A stretch of DNA of 64,000 nt from Atractiella rhizophila (Eukaryota): positions 1-64,000 of the forward strand of contig MU271263.1 in the NCBI GenBank assembly GCA_021432655.1, given 5' to 3'. Position numbers and translations under genes: made by a program. Of the stretch, positions 1 to 12,839 are shown in pieces. Positions within the stretch are counted from its first letter, which is position 1, and every line of letters begins with the position of its first letter. Below the pieces are notes generated by a model. That model did not search any database. It was not told the origin of the DNA and saw only the letters and a list, made by a program, of their open reading frames with translations.

Positions 1-2
1 CA

Positions 3-572
3 CAACAGATCTACCACCACGCGCCATACCACTACAACCTCGTCGGCGGACAAATCAGTCGGTATCGAACGACGCCATGGTCCAGCGCCCGTTCACGACT
101 TCCCAAGAAGACTCATGTCATCCGTAAGGCTTTGTTCACCATCACCGCCCTCCCCGTCCCGCCATCAAAACTGCATTGGAAAACTATCCAAAGGGTGCAC
201 GTCCTCCTCCTAGCTTCCAAAGGACTGCATCCGAAGGCATGTGGTCGAAAACTCGTCAAACGCCGTCTGGTGGAAGCTCTTCGCTTGTATGCTGCTGGTG
301 TGAAGGTGGACAACGCGTGGAAGGAGTTGAAGAGGTGGACAACAGAGTGGCATCAGAAGAGGGCGACCGCGCTCGAAAAGAGGAAGAAGGTGCCGGGGAG
401 CATTGGGAAGGGTTCGTCGTATGGACAGCTGTTGGAGAAGGTGGAAGATGAAATTCGAATGGATTTGGAGAAGCCGAAGGAGAAGGTTGTGAACGTAGAG
501 CAGACTCTGATGAAGGAGCCGGGGACGAGGGACAGGATACCTCAAGGTGTGCCCTACTCCTCTCCTATCTGA
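3..572 (+). CDS. Partial hypothetical protein, open from the window edge
   Basis: Frame is open from base 3 through ORF 132..572; no recognisable motif; may splice near 548. Confidence 0.35.
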   Translation, partial: QQIYHHAPYHYNLVGGQISRYRTTPWSSARSRLPKKTHVIRKALFTITALPVPPSKLHWKTIQRVHVLLLASKGLHPKACGRKLVKRRLVEALRLYAAGVKVDNAWKELKRWTTEWHQKRATALEKRKKVPGSIGKGSSYGQLLEKVEDEIRMDLEKPKEKVVNVEQTLMKEPGTRDRIPQGVPYSSPI

Positions 573-1003
573 AACCGAGCTAGATAAGGGAACAGATTAC
601 CATTATATTTTCTTCCCAACACAACAAGTGTTGACAGCACCAATGGAGATATTGATCGACCAAATGGATCAGGTCTTTGTGTGTTCCTTTCAGGTTCACT
701 TTCGGAGTCCTAGCCACTGACTCTTAAACAGAGTACGCTGAAGCATGCCATTGAGCAAGAGTCAACCGGGAATAAACAAGATCGTTGTCCTCCAATACAT
801 CCAATGGAGCCTAAGCAACTCAAATCGTCACTTCCAAAACTGAAGTGGGAGAGTCGACTTCCCGCCAGCCTTTCACAGAATGCAAAAGTGCTCGAACACG
901 GCGGTCTCACGCACACAAAGTGACAGTAACATGGTTCGTTTTCACAATACTCATTACGACCAATACTCGATACTGACACGAACTTTTGTTTCAATAATCT
1001 ATC

Positions 1004-2787
1004 TCAACCAGAAAGCAGGCTCTTCCTCTTGCTCGTCTTCTCGCTCCCTCCCACGCTCGGCATTCGTGCATCCTCGTCCAAATCGTCGTACTTCTTCTTC
1101 AAGTAATCGAACCCCGCGTTGCCCACTCGATATCCAAAGTCAGAACAGACGACTATGCCTCCTACGATGCCTGCGAGCCGGATGAGGAGGTACGAAAGCG
1201 TGCCTGTCCGTTCGCGGATCTCCACCATCAGGGGTTCGATGTCGTACTAGTCGATGTTCAGGTCAGAAGGAAGAAGGATGTTGGGCAGGGGAAGATACGG
1301 ACTTTGAAGAATATGCCGGGCACCCCTCGCCCGTGTGTGGTTTTTCGAGACATGTCTGTCACGGAGTACTGGTTGGTGTCGATAAGGAAGTTTCTGGAGT
1401 CGATGTAGCGGGTAGAGACGACAGAAATGAAATATTGGAACTGCACATTTCAGTCTCAGCTCGCACTATTCTAGAGCGAGAAAACGGGGTATCGTACGAT
1501 GTGGAAGTCTGCGACAGTCGAACAATCATTCATTTTGCTGAGTGGGTGAAAGAAAGGAAAGACATACGCGCATCTGTTGTCTCCAGGGACAAATCCAGAG
1601 GTTGGCTAATTTTTGGAAAGTACGGTCCAAACGAGAACTCGTTGATGACATGACTGAGGTTCATCACTATTCCATCCGACCACCACGCGTCAGCCGTCAG
1701 CCGCTCTCTTCATCTCTGAAGGAGGGCAACCAAAACGCACATTGATGATCCGTATGCTCCCAACTCAGGTATCCATGTCCCAACGTCGTGATGTGCAAGT
1801 TCCCCGTGACCTTCTTCACATCAATGCTCCCGTAGATTCGGCACGCAGGCCCATCCTCCACCGGGTTCTGCGTCGCGGCGAACACGCGCTGATTCGAGCG
1901 TGCGTCCCGCACTTTCGCTCCTACCCCTGGATCGCCAATGGTTGGGAGGGAGGACATGCGGCGGGCGGAGCCGGTTTCGAATGAGGTCTGAGGGAAATGG
2001 TCAGTGTGAGGGTTTGTTGAATGTTGTGAAACTGGGAAAGGAAAGAAGGAATCCCTCTCTGATTCTGAAGCGCTTTGCTTTCCTTTCAAACCAGCTAGAC
2101 ACGGAGTTCAGGATTTGCAGTTAATGGGTCTGTTAAATGCCCATTTCCCTCATACAGCAAACAGCAAACCACAACGTTGCCGTATGTTCAAAGTAGCAGA
2201 CATATGCAAAGTCTATCGTTCTCTCCTTTAATTACTTGACTACGGAGCCAAAGGATTGGTCGCGCAGTCAAAACACAACGCTGGATTGCATGCGTATCTG
2301 CACTTGTTGAGGTGCAGTGACGGTTCAAGAGACTGGTTAACATCAGAATGGATGGCAGCTTGGAAGGGTACAGAGCTACGACTGAGGTGCCGTCCCGGTT
2401 TATCGAGAATGCCACAGATTTCTTTTCCAGCGTTCCAACTCTCCAATGCTATTGACTACTGAGCAAAAGACTCACTCCTTCTTTCTTCAGCCCATCCGAA
2501 ACATGGAGTCTATCTCCCACAGCATCCCTGACATCCACGCTCAAATAATGGCATGGCATTGCCACCGTCAGGTCCACATTAATCTGCAACATCTTCCCTA
2601 TGCCCTTATCGACACTAAAGCTCCACCTCGGCTCGCCCCATATGTATTCGTTGAGTTCGTGTGCCACGAGCCAGAAGATGAGCAGGGCAACGAAGACGGT
2701 CGCGACGCCTCCGCGGGAGCTCCGTTGGCGGTAGGTTGGAAGGGTCTTTGGGAAGGCATCGAATTCGCGGATTGGCGGGAGGTCCAT
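1004..2787 (-). CDS. ERV41: ER-derived vesicle (COPII/ERGIC) protein, Erv41/Erv46 family, multi-exon
   Basis: Exons encode IREFDAFPKT..RGG, LQINVDLTVAMPC, ACRIYGSIDVKKVTGNLHIT, FQYFISVVST, NQYSVT, VPGIFFK, RLAGIVGGI. Confidence 0.88.
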
Positions 2788-2964
2788 GGCCTGATGGCCG
2801 CAGGAGAGAGAAGTGCTGGGAGGCTGCTGTTGGTGGGAGTCGTGGCAATTGTTCACGATTCCGCCCGCCAAACACGTCCACGAAAATCGTCCACTCCAGC
2901 TATTCCAGCACGAACGATATCAGCCAGGAATATCTGCTGAGTTGTGACAGCAGAAGGTAAGGAC
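2788..2964. promoter_or_regulatory. Compact divergent (bidirectional) promoter between ERV41-like and EMC1
   Basis: Head-to-head ATGs at 2787 (-) and 2965 (+) with 177 bp between them. Confidence 0.5.
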
Positions 2965-5900
2965 ATGCACCTCTCCTACCTCCTTCCGACGCTCCTAGCC
3001 CTCGCTACGGCCACCCCCTTACACATCCCCCTTCTGGGCCTTCCCTCAGACTCCCCAACACAAAGTCCCAGTTCGAGCTTCGTCTACCCTTCATACAGGA
3101 CCGCAAAGAACACTCAAAACTCATATTACATCACCCGCACAGACCAAAACATCCTCGCTGCATTGCGTCCGAAAAACGGAGAAATAAGTGCGTGTCCTGC
3201 TTGCCTTCTTTTGCCCAGTAGTTTACTGATATCGTGACATAGTATGGCGACATGCATTTGATTCCCTACACGAACGATTAGTGGACCATAAAGTCCACCA
3301 CGAATTCTTGTATACGATCTCCATCCCCCGTGCGCCTGCTCACTCCCCCAAATCGTCCGGTTCGCGGCTGAGGAAGATCGACGTCTTCTGGGGACGGGTG
3401 GTCTGGGAACGCTCGTTTCCGGGGCTCGTCGAAGGACTGAGCGTGAGGGAGACAGAAAAGGGAGAGGAGGTGGTCGTCTACAATAACGCTGAACCTGTAA
3501 TCGTGGTTCTTGGAGAAGGAGACGATTTGAGAGTGGATGCGAAGCAGAAGGGATGTGGTGTCGTTGGATGGGACGCGGAGGGAAGGAAGAGGTGGGGGTG
3601 GGAGTGCGGGTCGTACGTTTATTCGTCCCTTTTCTTCCCTCTTAGTTTCCATTGATTGGAAGAATGGCTAACGTGCAGAAAACTCTGTATAGGGAAGGGC
3701 CTTCCATTCTGCTCAGTGCACCTACTAAGGAAGGCTTCGCAGTCGTCACGCCCAGCTCTCTCCTCCGCTTGTCCGCAACCGGCACTTTGCTCTCGCGTCA
3801 CAAGCTCCCGCACACTCTCGACTACAGCATGCCTTATTCTATCCTCCCCATGCCATCCGGTCCTATCCTCGTGTACATCCCCGACACGTACAACGTCTAC
3901 ACTCTTGCGCTGGGCGGAGAGAAGGAACCAAAAGCCCAGCTCAGCCAATGGAAGCACAAGCTGATGGGCGAGAGGGGTTTGAAGGATATCGGACTGGGAG
4001 AGGATGGGTACATCATGGTTTCTGAACAGGAGAGGGGTTGGGTCGTCGCTAGGAGCAACAGTGATGGAGCGCTGAGCCAAGTGTGGGAGTTTGGGAAGGA
4101 TGTGAGCTCTCTTTGTTTGAAAAGCCCCTTTGACCAACATTACTAATTGCCCAATGTAGGAGGCTGTCTATACTGGTTTCAAGGAGCTGGAGAAAGGCAC
4201 GCCTCATATCATTCGCATTTCGTACTCTCCTGTCCTAGGGGTAGGTTTTACCACCCCTTCTTCCAAACAGTTGACTTAGTAAAGATATAGCTCGCCAACT
4301 TTCAACATCTCACTCCCAACCCCAAGTCATCCCCCATGATGTCCGGATCCACCTTTCCTTTCAAACAATCCATATACGGAAAGGCTATAGCGGTTCGTTT
4401 TCCTATCGTCCCTCTTTCCCGCTCTCGTCATCTCTCTCCAAATTCAAGTGCAACTTCTGATTTTCTTACGTGACAGGCAACCATTGAACTCAAGCCTTCC
4501 GCCTCTGGCGCGCTCGCGAGTCGCATAATGATGTATACGGACCAAGGCACCATGCAGTTATGGCAAGAGGGAAGGGAGATGTGGACGCGCGAAGAAGGAA
4601 TGACGAAGTGGGGAGAAGGCAGGGTCGTCCTCTTGGAGGATCCCGAGGAAGTTGTGGAGAAGTTGGAACATGACGCAGCTGAGGTACGTTTGAATACGCT
4701 TTCTCCTTTTCAGAGCGAAGGAAGTGATATTCGGACTGTACCACAGATTCCGTTGCCCTTCATGAGCCTTGCTGGAAACGTATCTCTTGCGGAAAGAACG
4801 GGAAAACCGATCGCTGTCGGCTCCAGCCTTAACGGATTGGTGCATGCGCTCGATATGAGCGAGGAGGCGAAAGGGAAGGTTCTCTGGTGCCTCTCGCTCG
4901 GTGCAGGCGTGGAAATCGAGAAGGTGGAGCGAGCGGAGGAAGGTGGACGCGTCGAGGTGTTCTCGAGGCAGAGGAGATGGACCATTGAAGCTAAGACCGG
5001 ACGAGTTATACTCGACCTACCACGTCCACCCGTGAAGAGATATGATGTCGAACCCAAGACTGTCGACGTAATCAAAAGTTCGTATCCCTTCCTTCTGCCT
5101 CGAACTAAAACCGTGAATGCTCATTTAAGCGACGTGGAATAGCTGTTGTTACTTCTCCTATCCGTACACTCGGAGATGGCACTCACCTGGTGAAATACCT
5201 CAATCCACACCTCCAAGCACGCCTACTTGGCGGAGCCCTCGAGATCGTTGATTCGTCGACAGGCTCTCTGATTGATCAGTACGCGGTGATGGCGACGCAC
5301 GCTCTTCTTGCTGAGAACTGGCTCATCTTTACTTACGAGCCGAGCGAGGTCGGCGGATGGACTACCATCGTTAGTGTGGAATATTATTGGGATCAGAAAG
5401 AGTCCGGGTTAGTTTCGTACTCTGTCCTTCCTCAGCTCATTCACCTGGCCATAATGTTACCGTTTGCAGAGTGATGAAGATCGAGCAAGCTTTCAGATGG
5501 GTCGGAGGAGTGAAGACACTTGGAATTACCAGTACACGAATGGGAATCACAACAAAGAACCTGCTCGGTGTGTCTCTCCCTCCCATCTCGCAAGTAAACA
5601 CGGCTGACTATGTTGTGTTTGATGATTGAAGTGGCAACTGAAAATGGTCAAATCTACAACATTCCACGCAAGTTTCTCGACCCTCGTCGGCCAGTCGGAA
5701 AGCCCTCGAAAGATGATCAGGAAGAGATGCTCATCCCTTACGATCCTGTCATTCCCCCCGAACCACGTTGGATCGTTTCTGGCCCTTCACAGGTACGTTT
5801 CATCTTTGTTCCTCACGACCTTGCCGGAGTGCTGACCGCCGATGTCTCCGGTGGCACAGGTGCTTGGTGTGGAAGGAGTCGTGTCTGCGCCGAGCAGGCT

Positions 5901-6099
5901 TGAATCTACATCCTTCGTGCTCGCTTATGGCGCGGACCTGTTCCTCGATACCGTGGCTCCCAGTCAACCTTTCGATATCCTATCGGACAGCTTTAATAAA
6001 CATCAACTTGTGGGGACTATCGCTGGTTTGATGCTTGGGGTGGGCATTACGAGACCCATGGTGAAGAAGAAGCAGCTAAGGGCAAAATGGTATTCGTAG
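2965..6099 (+). CDS. EMC1: ER membrane protein complex subunit 1, multi-exon
   Basis: Signal peptide MHLSYLLPTLLALATA; WTREE motif; C-terminal DUF1620-type T..GITTK, LDPRRP, SRLESTS, APSQPFDILSDSFNK, TM segment, LRAKW. Confidence 0.9.
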
Positions 6100-6182
6100 A
6101 GTACATTTACATCGTAATGATATTTGTTTGTTACATATCCTCTAAGCCAAGTCATTCTGAACGATAGCGGTCGCTCTTTAAT

Positions 6183-7283
6183 TTACCAATGGGATAGTAA
6201 GAAGTCGTACATCCCCTTCATCTCGCTCGTCTCAGAGTCGTCGAACTCGTGATCCGCGCCGTCGACTTCGTCGTATACGTGTTCCACGCCAACCGCACGC
6301 ATATTCTCGACCAACTTCATAAGAGAGGTGTCTTCAGAATGGAGCTGCATCAGGGAAGAGGAACCGAGCTCACCGACCGGGATTGTTCGACTCCAGCCCA
6401 AATATCAGCGGATCCATGTGTGAGATACGTCTATGAAATCCATCGTCAACTAAACGGCGGGCTAGATATCAGCCAGAGAGGAACGGACAGGTGGGAAGTC
6501 TTTCGTCAACCTTTTTGCGGGAACATGCTTCTCTTCATCCATCCTCAACAGCGTCGCCAGATTGCCTTCCTGGATCATCCACGAGTAGATGTTCCACCTA
6601 TCACCCTTCCCAACCTCTCTATGAGGGTTTCGATACTCGCTCAACACCTCTCCTTCGAGGTCGAGGTGTGCCGCTAAATCGGAGGTGTTGGATTGGGAGA
6701 AGGACGGGCGGGGAGTGGTGAAGAAAGGACCGAGAGGGTTCGTGATCGGGTAGAGGCAGAGAGTTAATTTTGGTTTTGGAGATATGGAGGAGGACAATGA
6801 GAGGAGGAGAGCAAGGTATCCCCCTACATCCACTTGGATTGGCGTGATCTGGCTCGGAGGGAGCAGAGAACGAACCTGCGGAGGATCCGCTCAAGGCGTA
6901 CCGCGTCCTGTCGAGTTGATACCCTTCTGGAAGTAGGGAGGGAAGTTCAGATAAGGTCCAGGAAATGGCGGCTTCTCCATCTTCTATCACCTGCTGGAGT
7001 GTGGCTTGTGGTGCCAGACGATAGTCAGGGCATACGAGGGCGAAACCGTACTTTTCTGCCTGGCAACATCGTCACGCATTGGTATCTGCACAGTGGTGAA
7101 GGCACGCACTGAACGCTTTTGGTGAGGCATGAGGGATGTGCGTGAGCCCATTAACAAGCCTCCTCCGTGGAACCAAAACAGGATGGGGAGTGGATTAGCG
7201 GGCGGTTTTGAAGGGAGATAGACGTCGAGCCGTAGGTCGAGAGATGGGCTGAGTCTCTTGAATGTGAACGAAAGGGGGGACAT
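6183..7283 (-). CDS. Alpha/beta hydrolase (HSL-like esterase/lipase), multi-exon
   Basis: LDVYLP..WFHGGG oxyanion motif, G-S-S-A-G nucleophile elbow, C-terminal GADHEFD. Confidence 0.85.
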
Positions 7284-7954
7284 AATGGTTGAATAGCTGA
7301 AAATATGGATTAGTTTTGACTGCTCCACATCGCGACGCATGATGGTTTTAAAATGTTTGGATTCTCCTACAAAGGCGGGTCTGTTCTTGCTGCATTCATG
7401 TTATTTGGTGTGATAGATTCCTAATATTGTCGTATCGAGAAAGGGTAGGCGTCAATGTAGAGAACCGCGAAGGGACCGCGGCGGGATAGAATGATCTTTG
7501 CTTCAGGCTCTCATGCCCACAAGAAGTCTAGACAATGGAGACAATAAATGGGTGCTTCGGTCCCATCTTTGGCTCACTACATGGCTTCTCGAGCTGCTTG
7601 ATCTGCGCTACTCATCAGACCGATAGACAGTGCAATAATGATGATGCTTTGGACAGCTGATACCACTTGTGAAACAAGGAAAGGGCTCACAAACAGCTCT
7701 TCAGACAGTCAAGGCTCCTCCCTGTATCGCTATGCCTAGCTATACCATTGGTATTTATCAGTCACAGAATCAGGTGAATTTTGGAAATGCGCAACTACTC
7801 CCGCGCAAGCGTAGGCTTTCAGGTGCATTAGCATAAGCACGCGACCACCGTCAGCAGCAGCCTACAGTAGCCTTCACCCGCACCAAGGCCAGCAGCCACA
7901 AACATCAAGCTGGCCGCGTTCGAGTCTCCGCTGACGACTCCCTTCCTGCACATC

Positions 7955-9891
7955 ATGTCCCCTCCCCCCGCCAAGGCAGCCTCTCTCTCCCCCTCCCAAT
8001 CCACCAGCCCCTCCTCGTCCACGTCCCACTCGCCCAGCTCCATTGTCCTCTCCACGCCCCCGCCGCTGCTGTCCCTCCTCGCCTTCGAGCCCTTCCTCGC
8101 GCTCGTGCTGAGCTTCCTCCAGATACTTAACTGGAAGCAGGGCAGCAGGTTCGCTGCGCTTAGCGTCACTACGGGGTGGGTCCTCGTGTGTCTTTCTGGG
8201 AGGATCGGGATGGTGGCGAGCGTAGGAGCGGGTGTGTGGCTGTTTCGTCGGAGCGGGCGAGGTGGTGGTGGGAAAAACAAAAGGAGAGCCAGTCTAGAAG
8301 TTGTAGGAGAAGGAGAAGGAGAGGCGGTCCAAGACCCCGAGCGGGTGGTGAAGAAGCTCGTGACGCTCCAAAAGCTCAAAGAAGAGCTCGAGCTCTTCTG
8401 GACGCCCCAGTCTCCCATCCTCCCTCCCCGGGCATGGAAGGCGAGAACCCTCGTCCTCGCGCTCGCGCTCGTCTTCCTCCTCCCACCACACATCTCGCTC
8501 CTCTTCCTCGGCCTCGCCATCCTCACCCTCCGCGCACCGTTCACCCCTCCGCTCGTCAAGTTGGCGACGTTTTGGACGCGCAGGGGAAAGTCGGCGATCA
8601 GGAGTACGAGCAAGGGAGTGCGTTTCGGTGCGGGAAGTGCGGGAGGGAAGGAGGAGGAGAGGGAGGGAAAGGAGAAGAGGGAACTTTTGGTCCTCTTTAC
8701 GGTGTGTGAGAACCAGCGGTGGTGGATGGGATTGGATTGGACCGCCGCGCTGTTGCCGAACGAGAGAGCGAGCTGGTGAGCTCTTTCTTCCCCTTCATCT
8801 TCTTATCCTCTTGTTCGGACTTGAGTTGTTTCCTCAACTCTGATTGGACAAAGAACAAAAGACATCGCCTGACATTAGACATTGCTGTTGCTGTAACAGG
8901 ACAGACATCCACAACAACCCGGTCTCTCCACCATCCTCCTTCCAACTCCCTCCCTCCACCGTCCTCACCACCTCCGCTCCGACCTCCAAATCGCCCAACC
9001 GCACCATCCGGAAGACGCTCGAGTGGAAATGGGTCGACAACGACTGGGAAGTCAAGTTTTCGGATGAGAAGGGACGCAAAGCGGATTCCGCAACCAAGGG
9101 GACATTTGACGATTGGAAGAACAAGCTTAAATCTCACGGAGGTTCAGAAAGCTTTTCTTCGTCCTCAAATGTCAAAGAGAGGGAGAAGACGACACAAGCT
9201 TCTCCAGAAACGAATACCTCGGGCATTCACCCTCCCCCTTCTCCGGCGAAGGAGTCGGGTGAGAAGAAACCATCGGTTCCTTCAGCGACCAACCTCGCCA
9301 CTTCGACCCTGGGCAACTACCTCGCCTCCTCCCTCATCCCCTCCTCCATCTCCAACCCCGCCTGGGTCCAATTCTCCCGTTCCCAACCTGGATCCGGAAC
9401 GACCTCAACGTCGAATCCACAAGACTCGTACCTGACCTCGTTGGAGAACGTGGCGATGGGGAGCACCGAGGTTTTGGATGGGTGGGAGGTCGATAATGAG
9501 GGGTGGCAGTATGGAGATAATCATTGGGAGAAGATGGGAAGTAAGGGAGGGATGGGGAGGTATACGAGGAGGAGGGCTTGGTGGAGGAGAGCGGTGTTAG
9601 TCGAGGTTCGTTCTCCTTTATTTTTCCCCTCAAATTGCTTATATTGCGGAACAGGTCGTGGAAGTCGTGGAGGGTAAACCGAAGGAGAAGAAGGAAAAGG
9701 AAAAGGAGGCGAGGAAGAGACGATCGTCGTCTAGACATTCGAAGCCCAAGATTGTGCTCTCCGAGAAGGAAAAGGAGAAGCTGAAGGAGGCGGCGATCGA
9801 GGAGGAGGAGTCGCCGGGGAAGTCTTCCGCCGTCGATTCAAAAGATAGGGACGCACAGAAACGAACGAAACATGAGAAGGAGGATACGTGA
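7955..9891 (+). CDS. Peroxin of the Pex24/Pex30 (dysferlin-domain) family
   Basis: Hydrophobic hairpins, then ENQRWWMGLDW..LLPNER, WKWVDNDW, GWQYGDNHW, YTRRRAWWR. Confidence 0.85.
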
Positions 9892-11122
9892 TGTAATTTA
9901 TTTTTGCACGGAATGTTGATGTTTTTCGCTATTCTGAACGAAACGATGATAGTGGATTCGCGTGAAGATAAACACAGTGAATTACAGATTAGGGATGCCT
10001 TGCAGTCTTAGCCTCCCTATCCCCCCGGTTGCACATGACAATCTACAATTACTAGAAAGAATCTGAAGGTGAGAGGATGGATTCATCCTCTTCCCGCCCC
10101 TCCTCCTCCACCGTGTCCTTCCCAAAACCGATGGCCATTTGCTGGCACAGCAACACCTGGGACCTCGCAGTAACGACGCGAAGTAGGAACAGACAGACGA
10201 GCAAGCAGGGGCCAGGGAGTCCTGACTTGCCCTGTTTGCTTTGCGAGGAGGTGAGAAAGGAGCAGGAGGCGATTCGGTAAGAGTGCGTCACAAAGGATAG
10301 ACGCCATCCTTCTCGCTCGTTGACATTCTTTCTAGTAAGGAGGGAAGCTGCCGGCGAGAGAGGTGGCGTGTGAGACGAGAAAGGGAAGCGGGATGAGGTG
10401 AATGGGGGGCAAATTGAATTGGTGTCATGATGATAGCATTGACGGCATGAAGAAACTGGAAATAATTGAACTTACTTATTGGAATATCCATAAACGTCTT
10501 AGGACTCGGAGGTGAGGCAGAGGCGGCCAGAGGGACGTTGATGGGGAGTGGGAAGGTGTTGGTGTTCCGTATGAGCAAGTTGGAAGGGAGAATGAAGTGC
10601 CGAGAGATAAGGAGCGCGAAAGATCGCCTAGTGCTACTTCGTCCCAACCTTCAAAACAAACGATTGTGACACGTTGATGACTTTCCGGTTGGCGACGTAG
10701 AGCCAGGTAGAACCTAGGTAGAACTGTTGGACGAAAGGAAACGGGAAGGTTTGGCGTGCCTTCGAGCTGCTGTCAAGTTGAGGAACCCGGTCGAACCCCG
10801 ACCGTGCTAGTGGTCAGCAATAGGTCATCACTATTCATCGCATATTTAAAGGTGGGTAAGCCTTCCCAAGACCTCTCCACTTGAAATGGAGGGGAGGGGA
10901 CTTACCTAATTACGGCACCGAGGTGGATTGGAATCGATGAGACGTTCCCAAGCTAGAAAAAGAGGGCGGAGAAGGCGGGGATGTGTCTGGGGAATATAGA
11001 TGAGACGCTTGGGGATGTGAAGAGCGAGAGCGTGGTGCGGCGAGGTGAAGCTACGACGAAATTTCAGATTCGATGTTGAGCTACATACAAAATCACCCTC
11101 CAGTCGCAAATCCGACATAGAG

Positions 11123-12525
11123 TTAGGCACTGACCTCGACCAGCTGGTGCGATGTTTGCAAGTCGAAAAGGCGGGCAGTCAGGATGTCCGTGAACTCTTG
11201 ATTCAGAGAAATGAGGCTCGAAGGATGATTATCCCTATCCATTTTATCGAGGTAATCGGCAGCCCCCGAGAGATGGGCGATGCGACAACAAGCGGAGTGA
11301 AGTCCAAGGTATTTTGGGTCAGGCAGGTCAAGTTGGGGATCACGGGTGGTTAGGGTAACCTGACGTGGAACTTTATACCTATGAAACACCTTGCGATCAT
11401 GGTCCTCTCGCGTTTCGACATTGTAAACGTTGGGAACGATCTTATCCAAACAGACAGACACGATGAGCAAACCACAATCGGACACTTAGACACTTACTGT
11501 TGGCTGCAGCCACAATTTGAGGTTGTCAAACCAGTCACGGATTGTCGCTGACAAGGTCATAATGTTGCTGAGACGATGTACGCTGTGTCCCTCGAGCTCC
11601 TTCCGTATTTCAGGATAACCAAATGTTTGCAAGATGGTGCAGGCTTTGGAAGCGTAGTCGGCCTATACCCCATTTGAGAAGCAGAGTACAGTGCGACAGG
11701 AAGGCGTGCCATCTCTGCATCGTTCGAATTGCTGTTGGTTGGTTCTGAAAAGATGTGAGCGCACTCGGTGCGCTCGATGGTTGCATCCCCATCTTCCGCG
11801 TCTATGAAATCATCTGCATTTGAGTCCAGCCTGCCACTTATGATGCAACGAAAGTTGTCGCGGACAAGTGCCTATCACAGATTTCGACACAGAAAGTGGA
11901 AAGTCAATTACTTACGCTTCGCTTTGCTGCTCTGTGATCCTTGGGATAAGGAACAAGCCATTCTTTGATTAGTTCGCTCTTGCAATCAAAAGATGGTCGA
12001 GAAGGATGCTCTGATGACTGAGGGGTAGCGCCTTTAGCCTTGCGAACTTTATAAACCCAGGCAATCAGCACAATTCAACGCGTGGAAGGAGCTTACAACG
12101 ATAAGCGACCACTCACACGTGCGAATGAAATATTTATCGTAGTGCCCCCCCAGTTCGCTCAATTTTGCGATGAACTCAGGGGTTCCTAGGTACTCTTCTC
12201 CTTCAAGCAAAGCAGAGGTAATTGCTCTCGCGACGGCTTCCTTGCCAGCTTGCGTTGGACAAAACTCCAAGAGGCGACCAAGGATTCGGACGTTGATGAG
12301 CATCTTTGTCAACACTGTCGCCTCGCTCCCTGAAGCCTTCTCCAACCTCTCCTTCAAATATCTCTCGACGGTTCGGCATGTACCGTGGGCGCTCTCTGTG
12401 ATCGGCGTGTCCTTGAAGTCAGCTGGTAATCCATCGCCATCTTGCATGTGTGGCCGTATTGTCAACTGATGGTTCGGTTGGAACAAAGCTCGGGAAACAA
12501 TCCATTTTGACTTGACTTGACTCAT
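11123..12525 (-). CDS. Fungal HNH endonuclease-domain protein (HNH_2-like), multi-exon
   Basis: Hand-translated exons ALVRDNFRCIISG...TECAHIF (11700-11875) and RLSNIMTLSATIRDWFDNLKLW (11500-11580); C-terminal LPDPKYLGLHSACCRIAHLSGA. Confidence 0.75.
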
Positions 12526-12839
12526 CGAGGAGGATGTCGTTTATTCTTGCACGGAATGGTGGTCTTTTCCTATTCTGAACAAACAATTTCTTAGCTGTTG
12601 ACACTTACTGTACCGTTATCTTCTCAGGAGATAATAACGATGATGTTATTCCAGGCACGCAGGATAACAGTAGATTAAGGAGAGCTCTCTGCGAGAGCTG
12701 CATGGTATGAACATGTATGCCAGAACAACAACTCAACTTGATGGACCTACGAACTGAGGAAAATTTTGAACAAATAAACATAACCGATGCTTCATCCCTT
12801 AAACAAATCGTAATCGTCTAAAAAAGCGTAGAACAACCA

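Noticed and set aside
7828..9435. Long antisense/overlapping ORFs (e.g. 7828..8613, 8719..9435; likewise 51084..51674)
   Set aside because: Shadow frames of GC-rich, low-complexity real exons
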